Source of the DNA: Vitrella brassicaformis CCMP3155
Taxonomy: Eukaryota > Protista > Chromerida
Direction: 5' to 3'
Assembly (NCBI GenBank): GCA_001179505.1
Contig: CDMY01000288.1
Coordinates: forward strand, 62,001-126,000
DNA length: 64,000 nt
Part shown: one piece after another, positions 62,857 through 64,000 of the stretch
Layout: each line of letters begins with the position of its first letter
Numbering within the stretch: position 1 is the stretch's first letter
Made by a program: the position numbers and the translations under genes
The notes under the pieces: generated by a model
What the model was told of the DNA's origin: nothing
What the model saw: the letters and a program-made list of their open reading frames with translations, nothing else
The model's database searches: none

Positions 62857-64000
62857 TCACGCAAGGCCACGGATACACCTGAGGGATTATTGCAAACACA
62901 CAATCCAACGAGTGTGTGCTGTACATCTTTCTCTGTTTCTGGGTCAATCGACTGTATGCTCGCTTACAGCTGAAGGTGGCGCTTCATTTCGTGTGCCGGT
63001 ACGGGCTTGTTGCACCGGGGGCAGCATCCCGGCTCGCTTTTCGCACGCTTGGCAGGAGGCGTATTGGCGACGGCCTCAGGATGCTGGTCGTCCTGCTCAC
63101 GCTTGATGGCCACCCCACCGCCGCCACCGAGGGGGATGCCCGCACCACCAAACGCCGGAAACGCGCCACCCACCGGTCCGCTAGCACGTCCGCCCCGCCC
63201 CCGGCCCGACGCACGACGTCCGCGGCCACGACCCGACACACCACCACCGCCCCCATCACCACCACCGGCAGCAGCAGCAGCGCCCGACGCACGACCAGCA
63301 GAGCTCGATACGGCAACACCTGAATGAAGTGACAGTGCAGACATCGTTGAAGGAGGGGAGGGAAGGGGAGGGGAGGGGAGGCGACTTTTTGTTGTGTTAT
63401 CTCACCTATGAGGGGTCGGCCGGCAGGTGTGTTGATGAGGTCCCAGGTGCCACTGCAGAGGGTCTGGTGGGTTTTGAACCACTTCTCCCCGTTGCTGCCG
63501 GGGGGATTGTTGCTCTGCTTCCAGTGCAACTCGCCACATCGCTGCACACGCGCACCCATGCCAACCCAATACGGCGTTTGGCGTCTGTGTGTGGTAGTGG
63601 TTGCGTACGTTGCACTGCCACACGTAGCAGCGTTTGATATCCGGGTCGTCGAGGCCCACCAGAGGGTTCACGCTCACACTAAGATCTGCACACACAGACA
63701 TGATGCCGACACACACACACACACACACACATGCGCACAGCCATTCAGGTGTTGACCGTTGTGTGAGTGTGTGTGCCCGTTTGGCCTGCCTGACCGTCCT
63801 TGCGAGTATCGGGGTGGTTGTTGATTTCTTCCATCTTGGTGAGAAACGCCTGTGTAAGCAGGTGGGTGAGTGAGTGGAAAGATGGCTGCCTGCGTGGCGT
63901 GGCATTGCTTTGCTTTACCATACCTGTGTGTGTACGTTGGATTTGTCGCCGTACTTGACGTAGAGGTGCGCGTGGATCATGAGATGCAGCAACACTTCCT
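62857..64000 (-). CDS. SPRTN: Spartan/SprT-like protein, 3' part (5' end beyond the window), with a UBZ4-type zinc finger; HExxH reads HLMIH
   Basis: EVLLHLMIHAHLYV...NVHTQ|AFLTKMEEIN...YVWQCN|RCG...NNPP...WFKTHQTLCSGTW parallels the SPRTN protease and zinc-binding subdomains. An RG-rich linker follows. An 89-nt GT-AG intron (62879-62967) completes CPRC-x11-HLQLC. Confidence 0.8.

Noticed and set aside
29-64000. Many ORFs rich in HTHT, CVCV, TDRQ or SLSL
   Set aside because: They are translations of intronic (CA)n, (GACA)n and (GA)n microsatellites.
1-64000. tRNA, rRNA or snRNA genes
   Set aside because: No cloverleaf with A/B boxes or conserved rRNA/snRNA sequence was recognised by eye; tRNAscan-SE and Infernal were not run.

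Overview
Intron-rich, GC-rich eukaryotic DNA with short introns full of (CA)n/(GT)n, (GA)n, (GACA)n and (CATC)n microsatellites. The intron style and gene families suggest a chromerid alveolate such as Vitrella brassicaformis; this is an inference, not verified. There are four 300-N placeholder gaps. Layout: (1) 1-10.9 kb, an array of divergent protein kinases, three of them disabled paralogues, plus lineage-specific genes; five units share a 22-nt downstream motif. (2) 11.0-12.8 kb, a PP2A-subfamily phosphatase with a polyQ tail. (3) 13-22.6 kb, a gappy repeat zone with a 25-bp perfect hairpin, telomere-like motifs, segmental duplicates and a low-GC glycosyltransferase-25-like fragment. (4) Ku70. 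(5) A tandem duplication of an F-box-like gene with a NudC/CS-like remnant; one copy has an FG-rich insertion of about 270 aa inside the F-box motif. (6) A DNAH6-type dynein heavy chain head-to-head with a TPR protein. (7) An ER J-domain/thioredoxin protein head-to-head with GTP cyclohydrolase I. (8) The 3' part of a Spartan/SprT-like gene whose HExxH motif reads HLMIH. No rRNA, tRNA or CRISPR was recognised. All exon structures were assembled by hand.
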